Positions 9,742-19,033 of a stretch of 64,000 bases of DNA are shown in pieces. The notes under the pieces were generated by a model that had not been told where the DNA came from, did not search any database, and saw only the letters and a list, made by a program, of their open reading frames with translations. The position numbers were made by a program, and so were the translations under genes. Position 1 is the first letter of the stretch. Each line of letters opens with the position of its first letter. The stretch comes from Candidatus Aenigmatarchaeota archaeon (GTDB taxonomy: Archaea; Aenigmatarchaeota; Aenigmatarchaeia; CG10238-14; SCSR01), in the NCBI GenBank assembly GCA_038998335.1, contig JAVZHQ010000001.1:32001-96000 (forward strand), written 5' to 3'.

Positions 9742-10779
9742 TTGACAATAAAAGTTGCTGTTAACGGAATAGGAACAATAGGAAAAAGAGTTGCCCATGC
9801 CATAAAATTGCAGGATGATATGAAGCTTGTAGCTATAGCAGATGTAGCAGCAACTTCTTGGCTAAGAACAGTCCTAGAGCCAGAAGGTCCTTTGTACAAA
9901 ACTGATTTGTATGCTTCGAATAAAGAAGGCTTAGAAGCTATGAGAAATGCAGGAATGTTCGTTAACGGCTTACTAGAGGATTTACTAGTTTCAAAGAAAG
10001 TTGACGTTGTTGTTGATTGTACGCCTGCAGGAATAGGCGCAAAAAATAAGCCTTTATACGAGAAATATGGAGTAAAAGTGGTTTATCAGGGAGGAGAAGA
10101 GGCTAATGTGGCTCAAGTTAGCTTTGTTGCTATAGCAAATTATGAAAAAGCTTTAAACGCTAACTCAGTAAGGGTTGTTAGCTGTAACACAACCTCTCTA
10201 GTAAGAACTTTGCACGCCTTAGACACAAACTTTGGAATAGAAGAAGTTTTAGCAGTTTTGGTAAGAAGAGCTACAGACCCTTGGGACGAAAAGCCAGGGC
10301 CAATAAATGCTGTAGTACCAGAAGTTCACATCCCATCACATCAAGGTCCTGACTTACAAACTGTTTTGCCACACATAAACATAACCACAATGGCATGCAA
10401 AGTTCCTTCAACTTTAGCTCACACACACTTTGTTAGCGGGACTCTTAAGAAAAAAGCTTCCTTAGATGAAATAAAAAATGCCTTAGAGAAAGCAGGAAGA
10501 ATAGTTCTTCTAAAAGCTTCTCATGGTTATACAGCAACCTCAAGAATTATTGAAAGATATAGAGACTTGTGTAGGCCAAGACACGATATGTACGAAGTAG
10601 CTATTTGGGACGAATCAATAACAGTAAAAGATAAGAAGTTCTACTGGATTCATGCAGTTCATTCAGAAGCTATAGTAATTCCAGAAAACATAGATGCGAT
10701 AAGAGCAATAACAGGAATAGAGAAAGATAAGTTCAAAAGCATAGAAAAAACAAACAAATCGCTTGGAATCAAGTGTTAA
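9742..10779 (+). CDS. gap: Glyceraldehyde-3-phosphate dehydrogenase, archaeal type II
   Basis: NGIGTIGKRVA, VVSCNTT, RRATDP, IPENIDAIRA; TTG start after GGGGTGA RBS. Confidence 0.93.
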   Translation: MTIKVAVNGIGTIGKRVAHAIKLQDDMKLVAIADVAATSWLRTVLEPEGPLYKTDLYASNKEGLEAMRNAGMFVNGLLEDLLVSKKVDVVVDCTPAGIGAKNKPLYEKYGVKVVYQGGEEANVAQVSFVAIANYEKALNANSVRVVSCNTTSLVRTLHALDTNFGIEEVLAVLVRRATDPWDEKPGPINAVVPEVHIPSHQGPDLQTVLPHINITTMACKVPSTLAHTHFVSGTLKKKASLDEIKNALEKAGRIVLLKASHGYTATSRIIERYRDLCRPRHDMYEVAIWDESITVKDKKFYWIHAVHSEAIVIPENIDAIRAITGIEKDKFKSIEKTNKSLGIKC

Positions 10780-10781
10780 GA

Positions 10782-12026
10782 ATGGAATTTTTAACCTTGG
10801 ATGAGGCTAAAGTAGCCAACAAAACAGTTTTGTTAAGAGTAGACATTAATGTTCCTTATGACTTGGAGAAAAAGGAAATACAAGATTCAGAAAGAATAAG
10901 GGAGCATGCAAAAACTATTAAAGAGCTTTCTGATAAAAAAGCAAAAGTAGTTATTCTTGCGCATCAAGGAAGAAAAGGGGATCCAGACTTTATTCATTTG
11001 GACCAGCACGCAAAGCTTTTATCAAAATATGTAGGAAAGGAAGTTCAGTTTGTCGACGATATAATAGGAGAAAAAGCGATAAAGAAAATAAAATCTCTTA
11101 AGCCAGGAGAAGTTTTGCTTTTAGATAACGTTAGGTTTTTAGACGAGGAAACCGAAGAAAAGAGCCCAAAAGAACATGCAAAAAGCAAATTGGTAAAAAA
11201 GCTTTCTAAGCTTGCAGAGATTTTTGTTAACGACGCTTTTTCTGCTTCTCATAGAAGCCATGCTTCCATAGTTGGTTTTACAGAGGTTTTACCAAGCTAT
11301 GCAGGAAGGATAATGGAAAAAGAGCTTAAGTCAGAAGAAAGAGCTTTAGATCCTTTAGGAACAAACGTTTTTGTTTTGGGAGGAGCAAAACCTGACGATT
11401 GCTTGAATATAATAGATTATATGTTTAAAAACAAGCCTGGCTCAATAGAAAAAGTTTTGACTTGCGGCACAGTAGGAGAAATATTCCTTGCAGCAAAAGG
11501 TTATGATTTGGGTAAGGAAACAAAAGAGTTTTTTGCAAAAAAAGGTTTTGATAAGCTCATAGAACAAGCAAAAGGTTTGCTCCAAAATTACGAGCTTGAA
11601 ATAGAGTTGCCTGTAGATGTTGCTTTCGAAGAAAATGGAACAAGAAAAGAAATTCCAGTAGAAAATTTGCCTGTCGAAAAACTTTTGCAAGATATAGGTA
11701 GCGAAACAGCTAAGAAATACTCCGAGATAATAAAAAAGGCAAGGACTGTTGTGGTTAAAGGGCCTGCAGGAGTTTATGAGAAGCAAGGATTTGAGGTTGG
11801 CACAAAGCTTATCCTCGAAGCTATAGCAAACTCAAAAGCATTTTCTTTAATTGGAGGAGGAGACACTCTAGTTGCCATAGAAAAATTGGGAATAGATAAA
11901 AACAAATTCTCTTACATAAGCCTAGGCGGAGGAGCTCTAATAACTTCCCTTTCAGGAAAAGGAATGCCAGGGGTTGAAGCTTTAATAAAAGCAGCTAAAA
12001 AAGTTAAAAAGAAAAAGAGGAAGTAA
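10782..12026 (+). CDS. pgk: Phosphoglycerate kinase
   Basis: RVDINVP, AHQGR, NDAFSASHRSHAS, LGGAKP, GGGDT, SLGGGA. Confidence 0.95.
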   Translation: MEFLTLDEAKVANKTVLLRVDINVPYDLEKKEIQDSERIREHAKTIKELSDKKAKVVILAHQGRKGDPDFIHLDQHAKLLSKYVGKEVQFVDDIIGEKAIKKIKSLKPGEVLLLDNVRFLDEETEEKSPKEHAKSKLVKKLSKLAEIFVNDAFSASHRSHASIVGFTEVLPSYAGRIMEKELKSEERALDPLGTNVFVLGGAKPDDCLNIIDYMFKNKPGSIEKVLTCGTVGEIFLAAKGYDLGKETKEFFAKKGFDKLIEQAKGLLQNYELEIELPVDVAFEENGTRKEIPVENLPVEKLLQDIGSETAKKYSEIIKKARTVVVKGPAGVYEKQGFEVGTKLILEAIANSKAFSLIGGGDTLVAIEKLGIDKNKFSYISLGGGALITSLSGKGMPGVEALIKAAKKVKKKKRK

Positions 12027-12066
12027 TTTTTTTAATTTTCCAGCTATCATTTTAAGTAGTGATTAA

Positions 12067-12345
12067 ATGAAAAAGATTAGAATTCATGCTTTTATTTCTG
12101 GCTTAGTTCAAGGTGTAAACTTTAGATACAACACAAAAAAGTTTGCAGAGGGTTTGGGAATTGCAGGCTGGGTAAGGAACTTAAAAGACGGAAGAGTAGA
12201 AGTTGTGGCAGAAGGAAGTGAAGTAAGAATAAAACATTTCTTAGATTTTCTTAAAAAAGGACCACCAGGCTCAAAAGTTGTAAACGTTGAAGTAATAGAA
12301 GAAGAATATAAAGGTGAATTTAAGTTTTTTGACATCCTTTACTAA
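12067..12345 (+). CDS. acyP: Acylphosphatase
   Basis: SGLVQGVNFR, GWVRNLKDGRVE. Confidence 0.93.
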   Translation: MKKIRIHAFISGLVQGVNFRYNTKKFAEGLGIAGWVRNLKDGRVEVVAEGSEVRIKHFLDFLKKGPPGSKVVNVEVIEEEYKGEFKFFDILY

Positions 12346-12647
12346 ATTTTCTTAAGAAGTTCCAGCATTATCTTGTTTCTCAATTCAGAATCTTTCAAAG
12401 CTTCTTCTACAAGCTTTTCCTTGAAATTTTTTAGGTCAAGGGAAGAAAATATAAGCTCTGCTATTTTCTTCCTTACTTCTTCATTATTTTTTGCTGTTTC
12501 TATGAAAGAGCTTAAGGCTTTCTCTGTTATATCAGTTTTAACTTCCTGTTTAACTTCTTCTTTATTCTCTTTTTTCTCAGAATCCTCAAAAACAATCTTT
12601 ACCTTTGCTGGAACTTCTTCTTTTTTTGGAATCTTTATTTCTGGCAT
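12342..12647 (-). CDS. Hypothetical charged helical protein
   Basis: 101-aa Lys/Glu-rich ORF with host-like codon usage; stop overlaps the acyP stop. Confidence 0.6.
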   Translation of the reverse strand: MPEIKIPKKEEVPAKVKIVFEDSEKKENKEEVKQEVKTDITEKALSSFIETAKNNEEVRKKIAELIFSSLDLKNFKEKLVEEALKDSELRNKIMLELLKKI

Positions 12648-12700
12648 AACAAAAAAATAAAACCTTAAACTTTAAATCCTTAACTATTCTCTTCTTGGTT

Positions 12701-12874
12701 ATGGAAGATTTAAAGTCACTTATAGAAGAGTTAATTTTTAAAGTAAAAAGTGATGAGGAATTTTTTAGGGAGTTTATTAGCTTTCTCAAAAGGTTTGGAA
12801 AGAGAGAAATATTACTAAGGATAGTAAGGAAAATTCTTTTAGATTCTTGTAAAAATTTAAAATTTAGCGAATAG
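12701..12874 (+). CDS. Small hypothetical protein (57 aa, not in ORF track)
   Basis: MEDLKSLIEELIFKVKSDEEFFREFISFLKRFGKREILLRIVRKILLDSCKNLKFSE; fills the gap, divergent from 12647, overlaps the tpiA end. Confidence 0.45.
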   Translation: MEDLKSLIEELIFKVKSDEEFFREFISFLKRFGKREILLRIVRKILLDSCKNLKFSE

Positions 12875-13532
12875 CTTTTGCAAAATCCTCTAGAACTCTT
12901 TTTGGATTTCTAGCTTTTACTACGCCTGAAGCAACAAGAATTCCTTTTGTTCCTAAATCCAAAGCTTTTTTAACGTCTTCTCCGTTAGTTATTCCTGCTC
13001 CGCACAAAACTTTTATTTCTGGATTAATTCTGTAAATTTCTTCGACAAATTCTTTAACACTATCAGGCTTTACTTTTGATATAGCCTTTCCACTTCCGAT
13101 TAAAATAGGATCCTCGTAAGCTATAAAATTCGGCTTAAATTTTGCGATTTCCTTTCCTTTTTCCAAGCTATCAGCGCAAACTACTGAAATAAGCTTGTAT
13201 TTCCTGAGCAATTCTACACGTTTTCCTATTTCTTCTAACTCAAGCTTTTTTTCTGAATGGTTTATTAAGCTTCCTTTTACTCCGTATTCTTTTAAAACTA
13301 ACAAAGAAACGTGTCCAGTAAAAGCTCCATATTCTATTGCGTCAACGTGCTGAGCAAAAACTGGTATTTTAACTTTTCTTGCAAGATAAAGGTCGGTAAA
13401 TTGTGGAGCAATAGCTATGTTAATTCTATAGTTTCTTGCAACTTTCTCGCAAATTTTTGTTAGCTTTAAAGCATTTTCTCCTGTAGCTTCTCTGTAGCAT
13501 TTAAAGTTAACAAGTATTAAAGGAAGTTTCAT
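12864..13532 (-). CDS. tpiA: Triosephosphate isomerase (archaeal type)
   Basis: VNFKCY, AQHVD, GAFTG, INHSE, AYEDPILIGSG, CGAGI, LVASG. Confidence 0.95.
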   Translation of the reverse strand: MKLPLILVNFKCYREATGENALKLTKICEKVARNYRINIAIAPQFTDLYLARKVKIPVFAQHVDAIEYGAFTGHVSLLVLKEYGVKGSLINHSEKKLELEEIGKRVELLRKYKLISVVCADSLEKGKEIAKFKPNFIAYEDPILIGSGKAISKVKPDSVKEFVEEIYRINPEIKVLCGAGITNGEDVKKALDLGTKGILVASGVVKARNPKRVLEDFAKAIR

Positions 13533-13631
13533 AATTTATTTTGTATCAGTCAAAATAAATAATCTTTAGTAAATGTTTACCACCTTAGTGGTAGGTAAAC
13601 TACTTATTTACATACTATCAAGTGGCCTAAG

Positions 13632-14579
13632 ATGGGATCCGAAAGTCCATCAGAAAAAATAAAAATCCGTAGTTTACCTTTAGAAGAAAGAATAAGACTA
13701 TATAACAAAGCAATCGATCTACACAAAAAATATGGTTGGGGATATGTGCGCATAAGCAAAAAACTCTCTGTTCCAATAGATGTTGTCAGGCATTGGTTAT
13801 ATTATGGAAGAATTCCAATTCGCCAAGGGCATCCCCATTTATTTGAGCCAACACCAAGCCCTGAATTAGCATATGTAATAGGAGTTGTTCTAGGTGATGG
13901 AAATTTAAGTCAAAGGAAAAAAAGTGGTGAAAGGTCTGGAAGGGTAATTAGACTAAGAGCAAGAGACAAAGAATTCGTAGAAAAGTTTGCTTTAGCCATG
14001 AGCAAATTGCTCAGAAAGAGAAAACCCTACAAGGTCGTATTTGAAAATAATCAATATAGAGTTTATGGTTATAGCTTTTATCTCTTTGAATTTTTGAAAA
14101 AACAATTCGATACATTAAAACCATTCATCGAAGCTTATCCGACAGAATTTATTAAAGGTGTTGTAGATAGTGAGGGAAGCGTGAAAATAAGTGTCTGGCG
14201 ATGGAAAACTTACAGAGCTTTAACAGTAAATGTGGCTATTACAAATACAAATTTAGAATTATTGTTATATGTTCATGAGCTTTTAAGAAAACATTTAGGA
14301 ATAGAAAGTATTATTAAGCCTAGCTATAAAGCAGGAAGCAAATTTTGGAGGAATGGTAAAGAATTTACTCGCAAAAAAGACATGTATGATTTAGTAATAA
14401 CTAAATTAAATGATGTGAAACTCTTTGCTTCTCGTGTGGGGTTTTCAATAAAAAGGAAACACCAAAAGTTGCTTGATGCAATTAGGATATGTGAAGATTT
14501 CAAATCTGGGGAAGAGCGAACTGAGGCTTGGTTAAAACTTTATAAAAAGAAAAATGGAAGGTGGGCAAGAATAAAGTAA
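13632..14579 (+). CDS. Free-standing HTH + double-motif LAGLIDADG homing endonuclease
   Basis: HTH GYVRISKKLSVPIDVVRHWL; motif 1 ELAYVIGVVLGDG; motif 2 EFIKGVVDSEG; both acidic catalytic positions retained; no intein termini. Confidence 0.85.
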   Translation: MGSESPSEKIKIRSLPLEERIRLYNKAIDLHKKYGWGYVRISKKLSVPIDVVRHWLYYGRIPIRQGHPHLFEPTPSPELAYVIGVVLGDGNLSQRKKSGERSGRVIRLRARDKEFVEKFALAMSKLLRKRKPYKVVFENNQYRVYGYSFYLFEFLKKQFDTLKPFIEAYPTEFIKGVVDSEGSVKISVWRWKTYRALTVNVAITNTNLELLLYVHELLRKHLGIESIIKPSYKAGSKFWRNGKEFTRKKDMYDLVITKLNDVKLFASRVGFSIKRKHQKLLDAIRICEDFKSGEERTEAWLKLYKKKNGRWARIK

Positions 14580-14607
14580 TATTAAAGTTTAAAAACAAAT
14601 AAATAAT

Positions 14608-15734
14608 ATGAGCGAGAAAATTACGGTATCTTTAATAAAGGCTGACATAGATGGCTCATAGGAGCCAGTGTAAGCAGCCTTGTAGGGCATGGGAGAGTTC
14701 ATCCGGATATAATCAAAACAGCAGAAGAACTTTTACAAAAAGCAAAAGACGAGAATTTAATAATAGATTTTTTTGTCACCAACTGTGGAGACGATTTAGA
14801 ACTTATAATGACTCATCAAAAATTTATAGAGAACCCAGAAATTCATAAGCTTGCTTTTGATACTTTTATGAAATGCGCAGAAATAGCTAAATCCTTAAAG
14901 CTTTATGGAGCAGGCCAAGACTTGCTTAAAACTGCTTTCTCTGGCAATATAAAAGGTATGGGCCCAGGAGTTTGTGAAATAGCTTTTGAGGAAAGAAAAA
15001 GCGAGCCAATAGTTTGCTTTATGGCAGATAAAACAGAGCCAGGAGCCTGGAACATGGCTTTGTATAAAATATTTGCCGATCCTTTTAACACTCCAGGCCT
15101 AGTTATAGATCCGAGCATGCATTCAGGTTTTTCCTTTGAGGTTCATGATTTGTTTGAACATAAAAAGATAAGGTTTTCAGCTCCCTCAGAAATATATGAT
15201 TTACTTGTTTTTATAGGAGCTCCAGCAAGGTACTGTATAAAATCAGTTTTTAGGAACTCAGATAACGAAATTGCAGCTGTTTCTTCTACCGATAGGCTAA
15301 GCCTAATCGCAGGTCATTATGTGGGAAAAGATGACCCGGCTTTAATAGTAAGGGCTCAGTCTGGTTTCCCAGCTGTTGGTGAAATTTTAGAACCTTTCGC
15401 CTTTCCTTATCTTGTAGCAGGAGGAATGCGTGGTTCTCATAATGTTCCTCTCATGCCAGTAAGTTTAAAAGATGCTCATCCTACACGATTTGATGCGCCA
15501 GCCAGAGTTATAGCTTTAGGATTTCAGCTTAATAATGGAAAATTACAAGGTCCGGTAGATTTATTTGATGACCCTGCCTTCGATTATGTAAGACAAAAAT
15601 GTAACGAAATAATGGATTACATAAGAAAACACGGAACCTTTGAGCCTCATCGCTTACCCTTGGATGAAATGGAATATACAACTCTGCCAGAAGTTAGAAA
15701 AAGGCTTGAAAGTAGGTTTGAAAAATTAGGTTAG
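14608..15734 (+). CDS. fbp: Fructose-1,6-bisphosphate aldolase/phosphatase (class V FBPase); two exons 14608-14650 and 14674-15734, 367 aa after splicing
   Basis: Exon 1 MSEKITVSLIKADI(G) joins exon 2 SLVGHGRVHP...CGDDLELIMTH...YGAGQDLL...ADKTEPGAWN...YVGKDDP...GGMRGSH. Confidence 0.93.
14651..14673 (+). other. 23-nt BHB-type mRNA intron in fbp
   Basis: Outer helix AAGGCTG/CAGCCTT, central helix ACAT/GTGT, bulges AGA and AAG, inner hairpin TGGCTC-ATAG-GAGCCA. Removal restores the ADIGS motif and the reading frame. Confidence 0.88.
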
Positions 15735-16978
15735 TGTTTCTTGATGAACTCTGTCAAAACCCTTGCTTTAAAATCAGAAATTATACTCATAAAGTTTACA
15801 AAACCATCTTGAGGAGTTGGAAAACAAGAGAAATATTTATGTACATCACCATCTCCCCACCATTTTGTACAACAATAATATAAATGGTCACTAATCTGTA
15901 AGAGTCGCCATATTCTTGTTAGCTCAGGATTGTTCAAGCTTTTGATAGCTTTTTCAAGGTTTTTTAACTCTTCGAAACAAACTTGTTGCATTCTGTTACC
16001 AAGCCAAGCAGAAGTATCCCTTTCCATGTCAGCCCAGGAAACTGTGCTAAACTCAAAAACATCTATTTCTCCTACAGGCTCATATTTCTCAATAATTTCA
16101 CTTGGTGTGCAAAACTCTAAGCTTTCATACTTTAGAACCTCATAAGGCAAAGCCTTTAAAAACCAGAATATTCCAGATTCTGCCCATTGATGCTCACCAA
16201 AAGTTTCATAATCCATAAAAATGTTTATACATTGACCAGGAGTTGCAGCAAGCCATGCAGCATACTTATCAGCAGTCAAAGGCCATTGGTCCCAGTCTCT
16301 TGAAGAAAATCTATAGCCAACGTCATCACTAAGCCTATAATTTCTTAGCAAAACTCTTATTCTGCTTTCAGGCCTAGGGTCGTTTGGGAAAGCGTACTTT
16401 CTTACATAAACATAATTTGGACTTCTCCATCCCAAAATTTTTTCTACTCCTTCTGTGAAAATTCCTTTAAAACCTAGGTCTTCGACAACTTTTGCTATTA
16501 AATTGTTATAAATCATTTCTGTGTTAACAAAAACTTTTGGTTTAAAATTTAGCAAATCTTTTATCGTTTGAGAATGCATCTTTACTTGCTCTATAAATTC
16601 GTTTTTTTCTTCAAAAAGGCTTGCTAAGGAATGATAATAAGTCTCGCCTAAAAATTCCACACATTTTGTTTCTGCTAATTGTTTAAAGCTATCAATCAAA
16701 TCCTTGTGAAACATTTCACACAACTCAAGAAAAACTCCTGTAACAGAAAAAGTTACCTTAAACTTCTTCTTTTCTTTTTTAAAGTTATCTATAAGCTCTA
16801 ACAAGATTCTATTCGTGGGGTAGTAACATCTGCTTGCAACTCTGTCAAAAATGTATTTATCCAAACCATGATTGAAATACTTTGAAAAAGCTTCCTGATT
16901 ACTTAAGATGCCGTTAGACTGGAAATTCATTAGTCTAAAAGGCTGATGAACCTGAAAACAAAGGCTTATTGAAGTCAT
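15731..16978 (-). CDS. Glycoside hydrolase family 57 (alpha-amylase-like)
   Basis: FQVHQPFRL, ETYYHSL, NTEMIY, LSDDVGYRFS, MDYETFGEHQW, SWADMERD. Confidence 0.92.
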   Translation of the reverse strand: MTSISLCFQVHQPFRLMNFQSNGILSNQEAFSKYFNHGLDKYIFDRVASRCYYPTNRILLELIDNFKKEKKKFKVTFSVTGVFLELCEMFHKDLIDSFKQLAETKCVEFLGETYYHSLASLFEEKNEFIEQVKMHSQTIKDLLNFKPKVFVNTEMIYNNLIAKVVEDLGFKGIFTEGVEKILGWRSPNYVYVRKYAFPNDPRPESRIRVLLRNYRLSDDVGYRFSSRDWDQWPLTADKYAAWLAATPGQCINIFMDYETFGEHQWAESGIFWFLKALPYEVLKYESLEFCTPSEIIEKYEPVGEIDVFEFSTVSWADMERDTSAWLGNRMQQVCFEELKNLEKAIKSLNNPELTRIWRLLQISDHLYYCCTKWWGDGDVHKYFSCFPTPQDGFVNFMSIISDFKARVLTEFIKKH

Positions 16979-17041
16979 GATATTAAATAATAGAGAGCTT
17001 ATAAATAAAGTTAATGTTTTAAGAAAAGAGAAAAAATATAT

Positions 17042-19033
17042 ATGAGCTTTTTATTGGCAAGCAACCTTTCAAAAAACTCTTATATCTTAGCAGGAAAAAA
17101 AGTTTTTTTCTATAGATATTGTGATACTGGTTTTAAAACTAAATGGACAGGCTTATGGCAGGATTCGAAAAAATTTTTGGATTACTTTAGCTTTAAAATA
17201 AATGGAGCTTGGCTTTCTCCTGAAAATTGTAAGAGTTTTGAGTTTGGAGAAATAGACGCTACTCACTTCTTCAATTTAAAAGAAATTGAAGTAAAAGAAT
17301 TTTTACAAGTTCCTGAAAATTTGAATTCTTTTATTTCTTTGCTTACAATTCAAAACAATTCAGAAAAAGAAGAAAAGGTTAGAGTCGAGGTTGAGCTTGG
17401 AATTAACATAAGAGAAAGGGAAGAGAATTGGCACGATAGAAGTTACTTAACAAGGTTTCAAGATAATAAGTTAATAGTAGAGTCTGATAAAGGTTGTTTA
17501 GTGTTTGGAAGCTCTCCTGCAGGCATTTTTGAACAAAAACCAATTTATAAAGATCACTATCCTTCAGGAGAAAAACAAAGATGCTTTATTCCAGGGAATT
17601 ATTTCTTAGATTTTGCTCTTGCTCCTAAATCTTCAAAGGAAATTTTCTTTATTTTTTCCCTAGGAGAAAGCGAACTAGAGGCTTTAACAGAGTTCGAAAA
17701 GACAAAAACATCTTTATTCTCATTACTCTTTGAAAAGGAGAAAAAATATCAAGAGCTTTTAAACATGACAAGGTTTTCATCTGGTATAGAAGAGCTAGAT
17801 GAGCTTTTCAAGTGGAGTGTTATCAACCTTGAAAAGCTTGCTTTTAACTCAAAGTTTGGGTTTGGTTATTTTGCTGGTTATCCTTGGTTCACCCAATTTT
17901 GGGGTAGAGATTTAGGATGGATAATTCCTGCAATAGTTGATTTGGGTAAGTTTGAAGAGGCAAGAGAAGCTTTAAAAACTCTTGCAAGCTTTCAGTCAGA
18001 TGAAGGAAAAATTCCTAATGTTATTTATATGAACGGAAAAGTTGATTATAGCTCAGCAGACTCGACACCCCTTTGGATAATTGCTTTAAGCCATTATTTA
18101 AAGAATTCAGGCGATATAACTTTTATCAAGAGTTTAAAGAAGAATTTTCTCAAAGCTTTAGAATGGATAAGGTCGAAAGAGAATAAAGATGGCTTTATAG
18201 AGCACGAAGAAAAAGAAACTTGGATGGACACTCTAGAAAGAAAAAACGCTTTAGAAATTCAAGCGATGCTTGTAGCTTCCTTGAAAGCTGCCTCAGAGAT
18301 AGCAAAAATTTTCTGGGACGATAATGAGCTATGGCAAAAAGCTGTAAAACTTGAAAGAAAGTTTGAAAAAGTTTTTTGGAATGAGAAAGAAGGTTTCTAC
18401 GTTGATTTTATAAACGGAAGAAAAGCTAGAACAATAAACTCAATATTTCCTCTGTTCTTTGAAATCTCAACAAAACCAAAAAAGGTTTTAAAAATAGTAG
18501 AAAGCGAGGAGTTTACCTCAGAGTATGGGGTAAGAACAATATCAAAGCAAGATTCTGAATACAATCCTGCAGGCTATCACACAGGAAGCTCCTGGGCATG
18601 GATTATTGGTTTAGTAGCTTGCGCAGAATTTAAAAATAAAAATTACAAGAAAGCTTTAGATTATTTAAAAATCCTTTACAGAAATTTAAACCAGGATTGT
18701 GTTAAAAGTTTGGGCGAAGCTTGGAATTCTGAAAATAACGACATAAACCTTTGGAAAGTTAAATTTTCTGAGCCTGGGGCTTGCTTGCAAGGCTGGAGTT
18801 CTGCTTTGGTTGTAAGATGCGTAGATGAATTTTTGCTAGGAATGAAAGTCGATGCTAAGGAGAGGACAATTTTATTTTCACCTTCTCTTTGGCCAGGCGC
18901 AAAAATTTCAAGGAGAAAAAGAATAGGTAATGATTTTGTTGACTTTACGATAAAAAGAGTGAAAAATAAAGTAGAAGTAAGCTACAAAAGTGAGAATAAC
19001 TTAAAGTATAAAGTATTGCTCCATGCTAAATAA
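17042..19033 (+). CDS. Amylo-alpha-1,6-glucosidase / glycogen debranching enzyme family
   Basis: AGYPWFTQFWGRD, SADSTPLW, TWMD, YHTGSSW, QGWSSA. Confidence 0.85.
   Translation: MSFLLASNLSKNSYILAGKKVFFYRYCDTGFKTKWTGLWQDSKKFLDYFSFKINGAWLSPENCKSFEFGEIDATHFFNLKEIEVKEFLQVPENLNSFISLLTIQNNSEKEEKVRVEVELGINIREREENWHDRSYLTRFQDNKLIVESDKGCLVFGSSPAGIFEQKPIYKDHYPSGEKQRCFIPGNYFLDFALAPKSSKEIFFIFSLGESELEALTEFEKTKTSLFSLLFEKEKKYQELLNMTRFSSGIEELDELFKWSVINLEKLAFNSKFGFGYFAGYPWFTQFWGRDLGWIIPAIVDLGKFEEAREALKTLASFQSDEGKIPNVIYMNGKVDYSSADSTPLWIIALSHYLKNSGDITFIKSLKKNFLKALEWIRSKENKDGFIEHEEKETWMDTLERKNALEIQAMLVASLKAASEIAKIFWDDNELWQKAVKLERKFEKVFWNEKEGFYVDFINGRKARTINSIFPLFFEISTKPKKVLKIVESEEFTSEYGVRTISKQDSEYNPAGYHTGSSWAWIIGLVACAEFKNKNYKKALDYLKILYRNLNQDCVKSLGEAWNSENNDINLWKVKFSEPGACLQGWSSALVVRCVDEFLLGMKVDAKERTILFSPSLWPGAKISRRKRIGNDFVDFTIKRVKNKVEVSYKSENNLKYKVLLHAK

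Noticed and set aside
9854-9886. Hairpin in gap (CTTCTTGGCT...AGCCAGAAG) as a possible in-frame intron
   Set aside because: No 3-nt bulge / 4-bp helix / 3-nt bulge geometry, and the ORF is uninterrupted
14651-14848. 65-aa ORF starting at the first base of the intron
   Set aside because: Out-of-frame shadow of fbp exon 2 with no recognisable protein features
14608-15734. fbp as a pseudogene, a programmed frameshift, or a gene starting at 14808
   Set aside because: A 14808 start loses the catalytic ADIG, GH and GDD motifs. There is no slippery run, and a simple frameshift would leave extra residues in the motif. All other motifs are intact, and canonical BHB cuts repair the gene exactly.
16364-16393. 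GCTTTC...GAAAGC hairpin over a short insertion in the GH57 gene
   Set aside because: Flanks do not form a BHB central helix; frame is intact
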